From: Epiperipatus broadwayi
Lineage: Eukaryota; Animalia; Onychophora
Direction of reading: 5' to 3'
Length of the DNA: 64,000 nucleotides
Assembly (NCBI GenBank): GCA_028023455.1
Contig: JAQFVV010000009.1
Span: 16,120,001-16,184,000, forward strand
Under the pieces are notes generated by a model that was not told the DNA's origin, searched no databases, and was given only the letters and a program-made list of their open reading frames with translations. Both the position numbers and the translations under genes were made by a program. Position 1 is the stretch's first letter, and each line of letters starts with the position of its first letter. This document shows positions 11,801 to 26,429 of this stretch, piece by piece.

Positions 11801-14373
11801 GTTTGCATTCCTATTTATTACTTTTCAAACTTTAATTAAGTAGTATGTATATTTCTTTTTTATGTACTTATGAAAACAACTTACTTTGGTTATTATATTA
11901 ACAATAACTTAAAACACATTTGTTGTTTTAGCTTCAATTTAACATAATTGTTTTAAACTCAACTAAACTTGGTTATAGTTCATTTTGACTACAATATTAA
12001 TTAATTTTTATAAATAATTAATTATAATTTGGTTTCTCAAAGAATTTGTAGTTTTAATTACATGTGATTATGAGCCACTTCTGCAAATTTCAGAAGGTTA
12101 AGATTTTCAAATTATTGCTAGCAAATAGATAGCTAAAAGTGTTTTTTTTTTAATTTTCTATTTGGAGTTTAATTATTCCAGTTTTTCTACAAGTTGATCA
12201 TTGAATAGTTGATGTTGTCTGGCATTTCTGCTTTGATGGTAAACATCTACTACTTCAATGATTCAGTTTTCTGCTTTTTCCTGTAGTTCATTTTCATTAG
12301 TTTTCAAATCTTGAATTTTTGATTTGTTAGCCTTTGCTCAATTCAGTATTTCCAGACTTCAAGAACTAAGATGATGTAAATAATTTATATGTCTTCTATG
12401 CTTTATTCTCTCTTCTATTTCATCACTACAATATATTTTGACAGCAAATACACACTTAAACCATATCTTACACGTCAATCAATACCCCCAATAATAAACT
12501 TATTAAATTTTAACGATTCACCCAAATACATTCTGTTGGAAAACAAGTAGGATTAGTTTGGTTTACAACTTCAACTTAACAAATCATCTGATGACTTTAA
12601 TAAAAAAGTATGCTTTCTGCATGATTGAAAATTTTGCTTTTTTTAAAGATTGTTTAAATTTGATAACAGCATTTTACTAAGTCATAGAACTTAGAATGGG
12701 TAGGTATGGTACATACATGCTTAAAATACTTTCTAAAGTTTACTGAAGTGAATTTGCAGCCATTGTCAAAATATCTTGAACAAATGTGTACAGAGAAAAT
12801 GTCTTTAACTGTTCAATATTCTGCCCATAGAAAAGATTCATCAATAATTACCAAAAATATGTGATCTTTAACTCAACAAAATTATATGAACATGGTTAAA
12901 TAGATGGAGGCAGAATGTATTCAATGTTTTCAGCAATTAGATAATGGAATGACATGGCAAACACTCTTTTTATTGAGTGAGTTCCTTTCTAATAAAAATT
13001 TTATCAACAAGAAGATTCATTCAAATTATTGATACATCTTTTAATATGTTCGGAATTCAAACATAGCAAAATGACTATGCGTAGTGGCTAGCTCATTGAC
13101 AAAAGATAGGATTAATTTTGAAATTATTTGATCCAGCTTTTATAGTAGAATCGACTTCCAGTAGCAGGTTTTAAATATACTATTTGATTTCACGATTTCA
13201 TATTCGACTATTGTTGAAATTACTATAATTAATAATTGTATAATTGAATTCTAAATTTTATTTCCTGTGTGTTTAGTTGCTAAGATGCGACTTGATCTAA
13301 GGTTGTCTCCAAGTTTACATCTTGATTATTAAGGTTGGTCAACTTAAATAATTATTATATATATAAATGATTTCAAAATAATCATTTTATAAGTGTATAT
13401 ATGAATTATCTAAAATAATCATTTTAATATTTTAATTTTATTAAAATAACTATTTATTTGACTTTCATTATTAAGATTTTACAGTTTAACCTTTAAGTTA
13501 TATATATATGTATTTTAAGGAAAAAAATAATGTATTTACTATTATAAACTTATACTTATAGTTTTCAGTTTATGTTTTGATTTTTTGCTTAAATAAGTGA
13601 GGTTAACAAGGTTGTAAGTAACCCTTACAGTATGCTCTATTTTGTTTAATTTGAGTGTGCCAAATAGATATAAGTTCACTACAAGTTTAACTACTGTCTG
13701 CATCAATTGCTTTGACCAGGCTGTAAGTATCACTATGCTCTATATACTTTAGCAGACTAAATAGAAAAATCTATTATGGTAGAAATTAAAAAATTCTGAC
13801 TTCACAAATCTAAATAAAAGCAATTTACTTTAATTTCTTAGATATATTATATAAGTATAAATGAATAGCTAAATATAAATATATATATATACAAATTACT
13901 TACAATCAAATTTTAAGGTCACCCATGGCTCATATGGTTACAAAAATCATAATTAAGACTGGTGCAATCTTTACATAAGTTTCTGATTTTCATACCATAG
14001 AGACAAATGTTATCATTTTTTTCCTGTTCTTATTGCTAGACTGATGATCTCTCAGAATTATAGATGATCTGGTTACTCAATGATTCATTAAATGTTTTTG
14101 TAAAAGGGCTGCTTTTTGTATTCCTTATTGCTTTCAAACTTTTAAAATCAATTATAGATTTTTATTATTATTAATGAACCTTAATAACAACTAAATATGG
14201 CTGTTGTCATAATCTAATCTGATTTTAATTAATTATATAAAATAAATAATTATAATTTAGTTTGTAAATAATTTGTACTTTTGATCTCCTGTATTTTATA
14301 ATATTCCCTTCATACAGATAAGTTTTGTACAAATCGTCCATACATTGTTCAAAGCAATAAACAATTACTATGG

Positions 14374-14549
14374 ATTTCTCAAGCGCTTATGGCTACCAAC
14401 AGCCAATCAAATCTTAAGTACTTTGGACTGGCTTGGATATATAGAAAGACAAGTAAAGAAGAGAATGGAACCACTCTTTTCTTGTTAAATTCTCTGTCCC
14501 AGTGCTTAAGATTTGATTGGCTGTTGGTAGTCATAAGCGCTTGAGAAAT
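14374..14549. repeat. Foldback: ~55-bp near-perfect arms (14374-14428 / 14496-14549)
   Basis: atttctcaagcgcttatggctaccaacagccaatcaaatcttaag and its reverse complement; the spacer is itself partly self-complementary. Confidence 0.85.
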
Positions 14550-15689
14550 TTGCGCGACTGCGCTTTATAAATAATATTATTTACTATGGATAGAAGTTGA
14601 GTAACACAGCACTGCTTCTTTGTTTTTATCATCTATAAAATTAAAAAATCAAGCAAAATTTATAAAATTCACATTAGCATTCATTCAGATCTGGCAAGTA
14701 TCTTTCTAGTCTCCAAATTATCAATGTGATTTAAAATGTATTGCTAAGATTAAATTAAAAGTTGATATTTTGTGGTGATTTGGTTTTAAGATATAGAATT
14801 GGATGTACCTACCTCTGATATTTGTCTCAAGAGATCAGCTGAAAAACAGGTTGCAAAATATCTGACTAATCTCTTGCCATAGAGCATTGTGATCCACCAA
14901 TAAAAAACACTTGATTATTATCACTGATCCCTATATATTAGTAATTTTATATCTATGCACCATAAACAAATACAATTGGCCAAACAGATTGTCAGTATAT
15001 CAGAAAATATTCTTTGAGGTGTAATACTAAACAAAATTCATATAGTAATGCATTTAATATTGATATATAAACCACATCCTAATCTCATAAAAAAAAAAAC
15101 AACAACAACTTATAATATATTATTTACAGATTAATTAAAAATTGCATTCAATTAAAATTATTTGGAGCAATTGTCCTTCTAATGCTAAAAATATAACAAA
15201 AAATAATCTTTTTATCTAAGTGCTTGTACTTTAATTACTAAATAAATATTATCTATAGTATATGCTCAAGATAAAAAATATCTGATAATTTTTAATGATT
15301 TGTTAAACATTAAGATTTCTTAATGATGACTTCCAAAATTACAGTTTGTATGATTCACCCCATTTCTCTTAGTGGGATTATTTTTCTATTTATTGTTATT
15401 GATTAGAATATTATTATATTCTGCTGTTTAATTCAAATTATCATTCAGCTTACTACAAACTTCTTCAAGAATTAACACCTCAAACTTTAATCCAATCTTA
15501 AAAAATTATCACAACAGTACAATCTACTTTGCAAAACCATAATATATATATATTCAAATAATAAAACAAATACAATAATATAAATTCAAACTTTTAATCC
15601 ATATAGAAGTGCTTTCAACTATCTAAATAATCTTTGTCAATAATTTGGAAAAAAAATTTTTTAAATCAAGCAGATTGTCAACTTTTAAA

Positions 15690-17260
15690 ATAGGTGAATT
15701 TAACCAGCATGCACTTATTTTATGATGCCAAAAAAAAAAACCTCACTACATTCCGGCAAACAATGAACAGAAGTAACTCGTCATTTAAGTTTTTAACAGA
15801 AAATAATTCACCCCCATAACCAACCTATTCTTAGTGTAATCACTCTTGGAATTCACATTCCTATAGTTGAAAGTTATCCAGTTCCAAGATGGAATTTAAA
15901 GAAAGCTAATTGGAGTCAATATATATGGATATATTAAACAGTTATGATAGAATCTCATGTTCCTTTTTTGTTAGGATAGCTTCAACAAAATCATAGTGAC
16001 TGCTGCCAGATATCCCATCCACCATGGATATCGAAAGTAATTCATTCCAAGTTGAAACAAAACCAATAGTCAATATTTGTTCACCAAAAATCTGGAAATT
16101 GTTGATAAATTTATAAAATCACTAGCTGATGCCAGAAAAAAGTGGAGAGAGACTATTGAGAAATAAATCTACAAGATCTAATCATAAGACTTGCCTCTTT
16201 TAGAAAAGCTTGGAGGAATAATAGTATCTCTAAAAGGACTATTACTGTCATTACTAATAAAGTTGACAATGAGAAAAAGTATCATTAAAGCAGAATTTCA
16301 GATTTCTTTTTCATACTGTTCATCTAATATCAATTTGATAAACCTGTGGATGTTGGTGAACTTGAATTTGTTCTTGGTGTCTTAAACAAAGAAAGGCCTC
16401 AGAAACAGATAGAATATTTCCAGAATTTCTAAAAAAATTATGATCTAAAGCCAACTATTGCAAAAACTTTGGTATAAAAGCAAAACTGTAGCAATCTTAA
16501 AAACAAAACTCAACAATGACCCAAAAAATTATTATCCAATTCATTATTATGTTTTCCCTATAAGCTTTTTGAAGAAATCATATATTCTATTTGAAAGAAT
16601 AATTTTCTTCTAAAAATTTCTAAAATGTTTCTTGACAAAATGCTCTCCAATAGAAAATTCAAATAACATTAAATAATAATGATACAAAAGTCTATCACAG
16701 GATTCAGTTCTCTCATCTAATTCATTTAATACAATCATCAGTGATCTCCCTGAAACAGAAGAGACTCTTAATAAGAATATAAAAAGATTAGCAATCTTTT
16801 TCATTATAATCCAACGAAGACAGTATGTCCAAGTTTTCATCTAAATAACAGACAATCATCTTGATAATCTGAATATAATCTTTTGCACTGATACATCGAA
16901 ATACAAACCTACTCCATTCTATTTATGATATTTGGATCATAGCCTAACTTATTTTCCTTATTTAGCTAAGGTTAGATCACAATTAATTTCTAGAATTCAC
17001 TTCTTTGTAAAACTAGATGATACTACTTAAGATTATGATGCAAATAGTTTATGGACAATTTCCTTAGCACTAGCATATTCTGTTGATGAATATTATACCT
17101 ACACTTGGAAAAAAAGTTGCCACAATAAACTTCTGGCTAATCAGTTAAATATTACCATAAGAAATATTATTGATATAAACAAATGTATTCTTTTGCAATG
17201 GCTTCCTGTTCTTTCATCTGCCAGATATTCAAAATTGCTTCACATAAAATTATAAAAAAC
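15690..17260 (+). mobile_element. Heavily degenerate RNase H-containing LINE (I/Nimb/Ingi group)
   Basis: WNLKKANW (~15892), PEFLKK...KAKTVAILK...DPKNY.PI (RT, ~16420-16560), FCTDTSK (~16882) and ILLQWLP (~17186; RNase H). Confidence 0.6.
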
Positions 17261-17962
17261 TGTTAAGCAGATTAGACTAAAAAATCCCATTTTTTATGCT
17301 CAACCAAAAATCTATAATCAAATAATTATAGTGTAAAAAAAATAAAATTTTTATGAGGTTCCAAACAAATATTCTTTTTCCAAATCCATCAATAGAGCTG
17401 TCATATTTATCTTTCTAGATGCAATTGGAATCACATCAACTGATTTAGGACAACTTATGGTGATAAAGCATATATTACCGGCTTCATAAATAGAATTAAA
17501 CAATCACTGATCTATTTAAATGCAGATAAACATAAACCATAAAACATATAGTTAATGAGTATCTAATTTATCTTTTGATTAGAATTTCTGTAGATTTTCT
17601 TGAGATATTTTGTTAATAGCTATTAATTAAACTGTCAAAAATAAAATCCATATGCTAAATAAATAAATTCATGATTACAGAGATGATTCTGAAGTAAGTA
17701 AAAAAAAATTATTACCATCAATCATCTTTCATTATCAATATGTAATAAATAAAATTTTTAAAAAGATCTTAAGATAGATCAAGAATTATATTAATCATAT
17801 TAACAGGTATAAATTTAGTTGTAGTGACATTATATGCATAAGAAAGCTAACAATCTCTTTCTTGCAATAAAAGTCTACAAAGATTTTTGAAAACTAGCAA
17901 TATAATATATTTTTTTCATTAATAGAACAGCATTTATTAAAATTAATAACAAAATAACTTAC

Positions 17963-18192
17963 ATGAGTAGCAAAATTAATTGTAGCTTGCATTTTTCTTA
18001 TATTGGGTGTTAATCGAATGATGCGGCCAAATCGTTTAAAGTGTTGAGTAAGAAACATTTTATTGTTATAATCATTTGGAATGCCTTTGCATAGTATCAT
18101 TGTAATATTATTAATTTCTTCTGCTGAAGCTGTTCTCCTTTCTCTTTTAGAACTCATATGGTTATCTTTTTTGGAAGGGAATACTTTAGAAT
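17963..18192 (-). CDS. MCM3AP: GANP exon 2 (230 nt): RRM, ILCKGIPNDYNNKMFLTQHFKRFGRIIRLTPNIRKMQATINFATH
   Basis: Acceptor tttcataatttcag|AT (phase 1, G+AT=Asp), donor CAT|GTAAGT. Resembles human GANP [29 protein letters not shown]...AVVHFFDH. Confidence 0.92.
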
Positions 18193-19179
18193 CTGAAATT
18201 ATGAAAAAAAAAAAAGCTATACACATTACTGTTATGAATTAGCTACTCTCTAATAGTATTCTTTCATTTGTAGTAGATGTAATGTTTCCTAAAATAATTC
18301 ACAACCATCAATGACTATTCTAACATATTTAATTAACATTAATTAGTAGTGACTTTTGTCTTCCAAGTCTAGAATCAACTCTATTTAATCACTAAGTTAT
18401 CTATGGACCCTTTATAAGGATCCAAATAGACCCTCATATGATTCTCATAATTTGTTTTTAACAAATTAGTTTTCTTTTGTTAAAAAATATTGTATCTAAA
18501 AGTGATCTCCCTTTTGCATTTTATTTAGCACAAGATCATTTACTTGAATGGGAAATAACTGATGTTTGAATCCAAAGTAATAGGATAAAAGTTTGATTTC
18601 AATTGGCCAAGTATTTTTTCCTTAGCTGAGTATTGATTCAAAAACTCATAATTTTATTATTATTAAAGCAAACTGCTCATTTTATAATATTCATATGAAC
18701 CTAATGATTACATAGAGTTTGTTCTCATGTGGAGAAAGAAATATCACTGCTATCTAAAATAATTTCTCAGTTCTTATATCTCAGTTGCATTTAAAAAGCA
18801 TAATTATAATATCTAAAAGTTATACAGTGATATGAAGTTAAAAATTTACAAATATAAAAATAGTAGATAAGTTAATACATTTTAAATTAGATGTAAATAA
18901 ATTTGATAAATTGCACACTATCATTATTATTTTCATATGAAGATTCCAAACGTGTTCATTTTAATAAATACTTTCCTAAATGATTATCACTTTGGTGAAA
19001 TAAGATGTTTTAAAAAATTGTAATAGTGATATAAGAGTAAATGTATTGTTACACAAATTCATATATTATATTTATCAAACTTGAGAGAGATTATAATCTT
19101 TTTTGTTTTCTATTATCAAAAAAAAAAAAAAAACTACTTAATACAAAATTCAATTGCTACACACAATTTCTTGCTATTA

Positions 19180-19600
19180 TTTTCCTTTTCCAACTCATAT
19201 CAATGACGATTGTGTAGGGAAATAGATTTATGAAACAGTAAGAGAAAAGGCTTGAAATTAAAAAAAAATATTCTTCAATTTAATAAATAAATTTATGAGG
19301 AATTGATCTGTGCATGGCGAGAAAAAAAAAACTGGATATCAAAAAAAGATCTCAAGAAAAAAGGAAATCTGTTGAAGAAGAATTTGAAAGGATTGGATAT
19401 GGAAAATCTTAATGAGCAAGTTCACCTGATTTAAAACCTTTGGTTATTTTTGCTTGAAGGCTTCATTAAGTCTAAAATCAGAGATGCAGTATATTATCTA
19501 AATCATATTGCTGATATGAATGCATGACATGTGTTCATAAAATAGTTGATTGCATTTAATATCCTAAGAGAAGAGAATGACAGTAATGGCAGCAACAGCT
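19180..19600 (+). mobile_element. Tc1/mariner transposase remnant
   Basis: SSPDLKPL followed by a frameshifted YF.W.FIKSKI (~19420-19480), the SPDLxPLD(Y/F) motif. Confidence 0.6.
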
Positions 19601-22600
19601 GACAAGCCGCAGTCAAGTATTTATTGATTAATACTAATCTGTATAAAAATAAGTATATAATAACGTTTCCATATTCTGATATTCTAAATATTAATGTACA
19701 ATAATACTGAAGTTTAAATATAAAATTTTAACAATATTTATTTTACCAAGTATACTTTAAACATTTTCACGTCATATTCATGGTCAGTAACATATATCTA
19801 TGTTACCCAATAATCATGATCTACGTAAAAATAAATAAATATATTCATGTTTTTAAACAGTATCATTTTATTTATATCTAAAATAATATAAAAGTGTAAT
19901 TCAGACGCTTAACTGATAATTGGACAAAAGCCATATTCCATTCGAAAAATTCTTAATATTATCATCAATTATTTGCCTAAAAATGTTAGTCATTCCAGGT
20001 TTCCTAATCGAAGTCTCCCTATCTCCTGCGCTTTTCTTTTAAAGTTTATAATTAATCATTTCTTAAGATTATTGATCAATTTATTCATTTAGTCACTTTC
20101 TCTTTCACCATTTCAAAAAACTACTTTTATTATAACTTTATATCTAATTTTACTTTCTGGCTATATCTATTTATCAAAGATTACTATCATATACAGTTTC
20201 ATTAATCTGATTTAGCCATGAGAATATATGAATTTATTATGATTATTCAATTCCTCCTCAATGGACAGATCTCAGCAGAAAAACCAAAAACTTACGTGTA
20301 GAAAATCAATACCCTGCCTAGAATAAGTTTTTAGATCTGAGGACACAAAATAGAATGATAATTGAGAATAGATAAACAGAAACTGTAAAGTTCAAATAAA
20401 ATTAAATATTATTCAAGTTACTTAAATTTGCTCATTCCTAAAGCATCAGAATAAAGATATATTTGTCATATAATGTCTATAAATCCTGAAACTTATTATA
20501 AGAATTGGCTATTAGAATAGAGGATACCAAAATACTGTTGCAATCTATATCAGCTATCCTGTATCTACCCATAGTTTTATTCATATCTTTGTGAATAAAT
20601 AATTCAGCAGACTCTCTATGATTAAATCCAGTGGAAAAGCAACTGATTTGAAAGCTAAAGATTCTGAATTGAATCTCAAATTATCATTTCTAATTATTTG
20701 GAACATTGTATAATCTCCAAAGTGCCTAATAATTTCTTTTTTCTAGACATATCTAAACAATCATTAAAAATTATTAATTGGTCTCAAATTGTGAACATTG
20801 TAATTATAATATTAATCACTATATTCTACTTCACAATCATCTATGTAAGTATAACTAATCAATAGTCAATAGATGATAATGTTAATCATGTTTCCAGATT
20901 ACTTTTTTTGGGATATTGGCTTTCATCAATAAAGTGCACAGAAATTGCAATCTAGGAGCCATTATTACTTTTATCATGAAATTCAAGCATCTTAAAATTT
21001 TGAATAAAAGTTAACCTATTTGCCCTATTATATAAATCTGACACTGGATTAGCAATTACATTTTAATGACCTAAGTTATAAACCATAATCATCTTGAGCA
21101 TTTAGAAGATGTTCTATCAAGAATTATATAGTAATAAAAAATATGTACCTTCTATATTTAATATATCTTTTGAATTTCCCAGGATTTTAAATGAAGAAGT
21201 GAGACATGTAGGATATACATAAATAAAAGTAAAAAAGATCTATAAATAAAATCACCCTCAAATAGAAATATATAAAAAAAGAAAAATTAATAAAAATTTT
21301 TATTTAAATTAATATATAAAATGCACAGATGGCAAACTAATTATATAATTATTTAAAGTTAAAAATCTAAAAACAAGATTGATTTTAATATAAAAGAATA
21401 AAAAAAAAAAGCTGTTAAAGTTAAAAGTTATTTTTAATCTTAGAATGGAAATTATTTTCTATAATGATGTAATAGCAAACAGCCCCTTGGGCATAAAGAC
21501 AGATAAGAGATAAATTAAAAAAAATACTAGTGGTAAAATTATGAGTTCCCCCTCTAAAGCAAACTGGCCAATAACGATGGAAATGAACACACAGTCCACA
21601 GAGTAAAGTCATCATCGCCAATAAGAACAATGTCAAGCCAAGCAAGATCGATTCTGGAATTAGATAAGAAATTCAAAATATATAAAAAAAACTTTTGCTA
21701 CATTTGTATGGCTCTTGCTGATTACATCTTTATTAGACATATTTCATATGTTTAGTGTGGATCTCCAAAATGTAGGGGCCATGCAATAAATTGTTTCCTG
21801 TATTTGCCTCCAGAGTGATAGTTATCGGAAAGTGGCAAATGATGGACTTGTCTTCCCAAGAACAATATTTATATGAGATGGAAGGACCTTTGAATGGAGT
21901 TGTGTGATGTATTAAGGACCACAAAGACGGACTTCAATAAACCTATAGCATTGGAAAGTATGAACTTTTGCTTTAAATGAAATATGAACTGTAATTATAT
22001 AATATGAACTTTTTCAAGTAATAATTTTAAACATCACAGTTTTTAAAAAAATCTCTTATCAGACTAAGTAAAATTTAAAATTATTTATTATATTTTTTTT
22101 ATATATATGTTTGGTATCATTTCCATTCACGTTAATTTCATTTAAATTAATAACTTTAAAATAGGTATAAATGGCTGCATAAATTCGTAAGATTATGTTA
22201 ATTTAGGTTTGTTAATTTTGAGCTAATTGTTTCCTAGTGGAATCGATGCTGGTGGAGAGATGTATGGATGTTTTATGTCAATTTAATCAAGGTGGGTGCA
22301 TTGGACACTCGTTCCCTTGTACTGCGTTAGCATACAGGCCATAATACCCACCTGAATATATGGGAAAAAATGGTAGCCATCGTGTTATTAATGGTCACAG
22401 ACGTCCTATTCTATTAATTTTCTAACACTCTGATTGGAACAGTAGGCCAGCAAAGACCACTATCCCCATTTATAGAGCATCTCTTTTATATATATTTCAA
22501 ATGATTTCGTTTTGTATCACCAATTGGACAATAAATCGATCCTGTCTGTTGGTGAAATTTATTAATGATTATGGGAAAGATGCTCATTCCTTCCTACCAT

Positions 22601-23084
22601 GATTCATTATTTCTCTAATGATATCATGCTACAGATGTAAATTCCTATCAGCATGATTGTGTTATGCTAACATTCTCATTTTGCATTGGTCACATATATC
22701 AGTAATCTAACATTGGTTTAGACACAAAATTTTTGCCTAAGGTTAAAAAAGATTGGGTTAGTTATATGCGTATTCTATGTAGCATATTTACGCTTAACAA
22801 AATATTAAAATAATCTAAATCAAATGTATTTAATAGTTAATTTAATCTTAAGATGTTTGAACTAATGTGTGTGTGTGCATAATAATAAAATATTTTGTTT
22901 AATTAAATTTTGGCAGTAACTTATTATATATATTTTTATTAATATTTTAAAAATCAAGAATTAGAAATTTTAAATATAATGTGATATTTTAAGCTTAGCT
23001 TCTCCATGAATTAGTGAGTGAGGCTTTCAGTTAGATAAAAATTGAACCTCACCTGTATATATCTGCCATCTTTATAAATTTTCT

Positions 23085-23500
23085 AATGTGATGTGATGCA
23101 CTGCAACTTCTCCTTAAATGGAGTCAGAATCTCCTCAGCAACTATACCCAGAGAAACCCTTTACCTTCCCCACCCTAAGTTTTGCCATAATCTGCTCCAT
23201 CCCGTTTCCACAACATAATCTTTGTCAACTCTATGGCCTTTATATCTAAATCCCCTTATCTTTTCCCAAACCCAGCATAAAAACTAATAACCCATTTTCT
23301 GTATAATCACTTTGTTCATATTTATTCTCCCATAACTGTTTTCTTTGTACCCTTTCTGCTTTCAAGCATTTACATTCAATCAACAGATGTCTAATATTTT
23401 CTATATCTTCCTTACCCAATTTGCAAACTAAATCACCCATATTTTTCCATTTACAGGTATATTCTCGTTGCTAAAGATCCCTAGGTTCGAATAGCCTAGT
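23085..23500 (-). mobile_element. 3' end of LINE family A
   Basis: ORF 23246..23440 MGDLVCKLGKEDIENIRHLLIECKC; catcacatcac tail. Confidence 0.85.
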
Positions 23501-23549
23501 GGAGCCCTGGCATGGCAGATAGGATTGGGAAATTCTGTCGACCGTTATA

Positions 23550-24369
23550 ATATATTAAAAGAAGCAGGTGAAGAAATAGAAAAAATTTTGGCAAAGTTAT
23601 ATACCTAATGTCTAAATGATAAAGATGCACCCAGATGATTGGAAAAATGCAGCATTAAAATATTAATATATAAAAAAGTGATAAAGATATTAAAAATTAT
23701 AGAACTATCAGTCTTTTATCAGTTTTATACGAAAATTTTACGAAGATAATTACAACTCATCTACAGAGAACATTGGATTTCAACCAACCAAAAGAACAAG
23801 CTGGATTTAAAAATGGTTTTAATTATAGTAGAACATATCCAATTATTGAGAGAAGTTATAGAAAGGATCAATGAATATTAGTTGCCATTATGCTTTGGAT
23901 TTGTAGATTATGAAAAGGAATGTGATTCTATAAGCATTTTTTCAGTGATTAAAGCATTGGATCACCAAGGTATAGACCAAGGATATTGTCATATTTTGAA
24001 CAATATTTATAAAAATGCAACAGTAACAATTAGTTTACATAATGATACTAGGAAGGTTAATATTGAGAAGGATATGACACAGGATGACTCCATATCTCCA
24101 AAACTTTTTACAGCAGTGCTGCAAAAAGTATTTTGTGGACTAAAATGGGCAGCTAAAGGAGTAAAAGTAAATGGAGATTATATAAGTCATTTAGATTTTG
24201 CAGATCAGGAAATGTTACATATCAGATGAAAGTACGAAAGTAGGACTAAAGGTAAATGTTAAAAAGAATAAAATAATGTTCAATGACTTTTCTCAAAAAA
24301 TAAAAATAAAGATTGATTATGATGAATTAGAAGAAGTTAAAAACTACAAATACCTTGATCAGATTATTA
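23550..24369 (+). mobile_element. RTE LINE RT fragment, left half of a copy split by the gypsy segment
   Basis: Collinear with 41080-41900; FVDYEKECDSI, DSISPKLF, HLDFAD; stops at aaataccttgatcagattatta. Confidence 0.9.
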
Positions 24370-26429
24370 CCATTATGGATGACATAGTCATCGCATCTAA
24401 AAATATGGAAGAACATATGGAACACTTGAAAATGTTCTTAATGGAGTGTTATCATAAAAACATTATCACCAATTACAAAAAAGTTGCCTGGTCCAGGAAG
24501 AGGTTGCATTTTTAGGCTTCTTAATTGGAGAAGAGACATTAAACCTCATTTGGAGAAACTAACGGCAATACGTTTTTCTACTCCCACTAATAGACATCAG
24601 GTGCGGTCTTTTCTGGGATTATGCAATTTTTATCATAGATTCTATGAAATTTTGCATTAGATGCTGCAAATGTGGTTGTTATTAACAAAAGACCAAAAAT
24701 GGGTATGGGAATACAAAGGAGCAGGAATTTCAACACATTAAAAAGTTCTTGGAACAGGTGATTCTAGCCTACCCTGACTATTCCCAAACTTTAGTGGGCA
24801 AGGGTTTGAGGTACTGTTATTTCAAATTGACAAACAACAACATAACAGAGTGTTGTATTTTTGTAGCCGCAAGCTAAAGGAAGTTGAAAATAATTACACA
24901 ACGACAGAAAAGAAAGCTCTGACCATTGTGTGGGCTTTCAGTAAATTCAAACAATCTTGTAATTATGGATCATAAGAGCTTGGAATTTCTTAATAGCGTT
25001 ATTTATCGAATGATCGATTGATATGATGGAGTCTTATGCAACAGAAATTCCAGTATAAAGTTCTATATTGTAAAGGAAAGGAAAATATTGTGGCGGATAT
25101 TTTGAGTCGCCATCCCACAGATCTGATCCCACATCATCTCGAGCCCAACAATTTGAGTATTTCAGCATTCACATTGGCCATAGATGAGTCTATAGAGCAA
25201 CAATTACTAAGGCTACCTGAAATACAGGAGACCAGTCCAGAGTATATAAATTATGACATATAAGAAAAGGATAGGAACTTCTGACCCCAGTGACACAGCG
25301 ATATTGGGAAAATATGAAATCTATAGAATAAAAGATGGTGTATTGCAATACAGAGTTGCCATGGAGGAAGACTCCTGTAGAATTCTTATACCCCAGGGAC
25401 TCAGGAACAAACTTACAACTACCATACATTGCCTTTATGGACACTTTGGCCCATGTAAAGTAGAGCACATGCTCAGGGAAGTATTTTACTGGTCAAGTTT
25501 ATATTCAAATGTTACATCAGTTTTGGGAAAAACATGCAAATAAGACATTTACTGGGATCTTACAGCCTATTTTAGCACACAACCCTAACGAATTGTTGGC
25601 CATAATCTTTTATGGGCCTTTACCTGCCTATAAGCGTTACTGATATTTAGTCGTAATGTGTGACATATTTTCCAAGTATGTGCCTGCATATCTGTTAAGA
25701 AAGGCGGATACTCAAAATACTATCCGGATCTTGCAGGAGCATCAGTTCCCTAGGATAGATAGACCCCGGATGATACTTACAAATCATGGGACACCCTTTA
25801 AATGTCACCACTGGAAAAGTGGATTCAGCAACAGGGCATTCAACACGTATTGACATCTATTCGTAATCCCCAATCTAACCCTTGTGAGAGAATCATGAGG
25901 GAGTTAAACCGTTTATTTCGGCTTTATGTCAGTAAAAATCACCGTGAATCAGACAGAAAACATCATTAATTACATAAATTGGACACAAAATGAATCTACA
26001 GGGTTTGCACCCATCAGATCATTTTGGACAGAATTATCCAATACTGATAAAGGCCCCTTTGCCTGTAGATCGGGTGAAAATTGATATAGAAATGGATAAA
26101 AGAAAGGCTTGAATAAAGTTGAAATATTTGGCCGAATTATGTGTAAAGAGGGGAAATCGGCAACCATGTAGATTTGAGGTAGGAGACTTGGTTTTTGTAC
26201 GAAAAACTCACGCCAGCAATCCAACCCAACGTCAATATAAGAAATTTTTTCCAGTATACAATGGACCTTTCCCTATACAAAGGAAAAATGGTTTGAATGC
26301 CATTGTATTGAAAGATGAGTGTGGGTTTATGGATCTTATAATGCACAGAGTCTTAGGCCGGCCACTTAAAAGATAGGAGGTAGACTTAAGGAATTGACTC
26401 AGGGCAAACATTCAGCCAGGGGGGGGGGG
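24370..26429 (+). mobile_element. Gypsy/Ty3 pol remnant: RT end, RNase H, integrase (HHCC, core, GPF), then G11 polypurine tract
   Basis: IMDDIVIASKNMEEHMEHL; YFCSRKLKEVENNYTTTEKKALTIVWAFSKF; HCLYGHFG..C; NPQSNPCERIMRELNR; KKFFPVYNGPF; G-run 26419-26429. Frameshifted. Confidence 0.92.

Noticed and set aside
23484-23492. B-box-like GGTTCGAAT
   Set aside because: It lies in the antisense of LINE family A coding sequence and has no A box.
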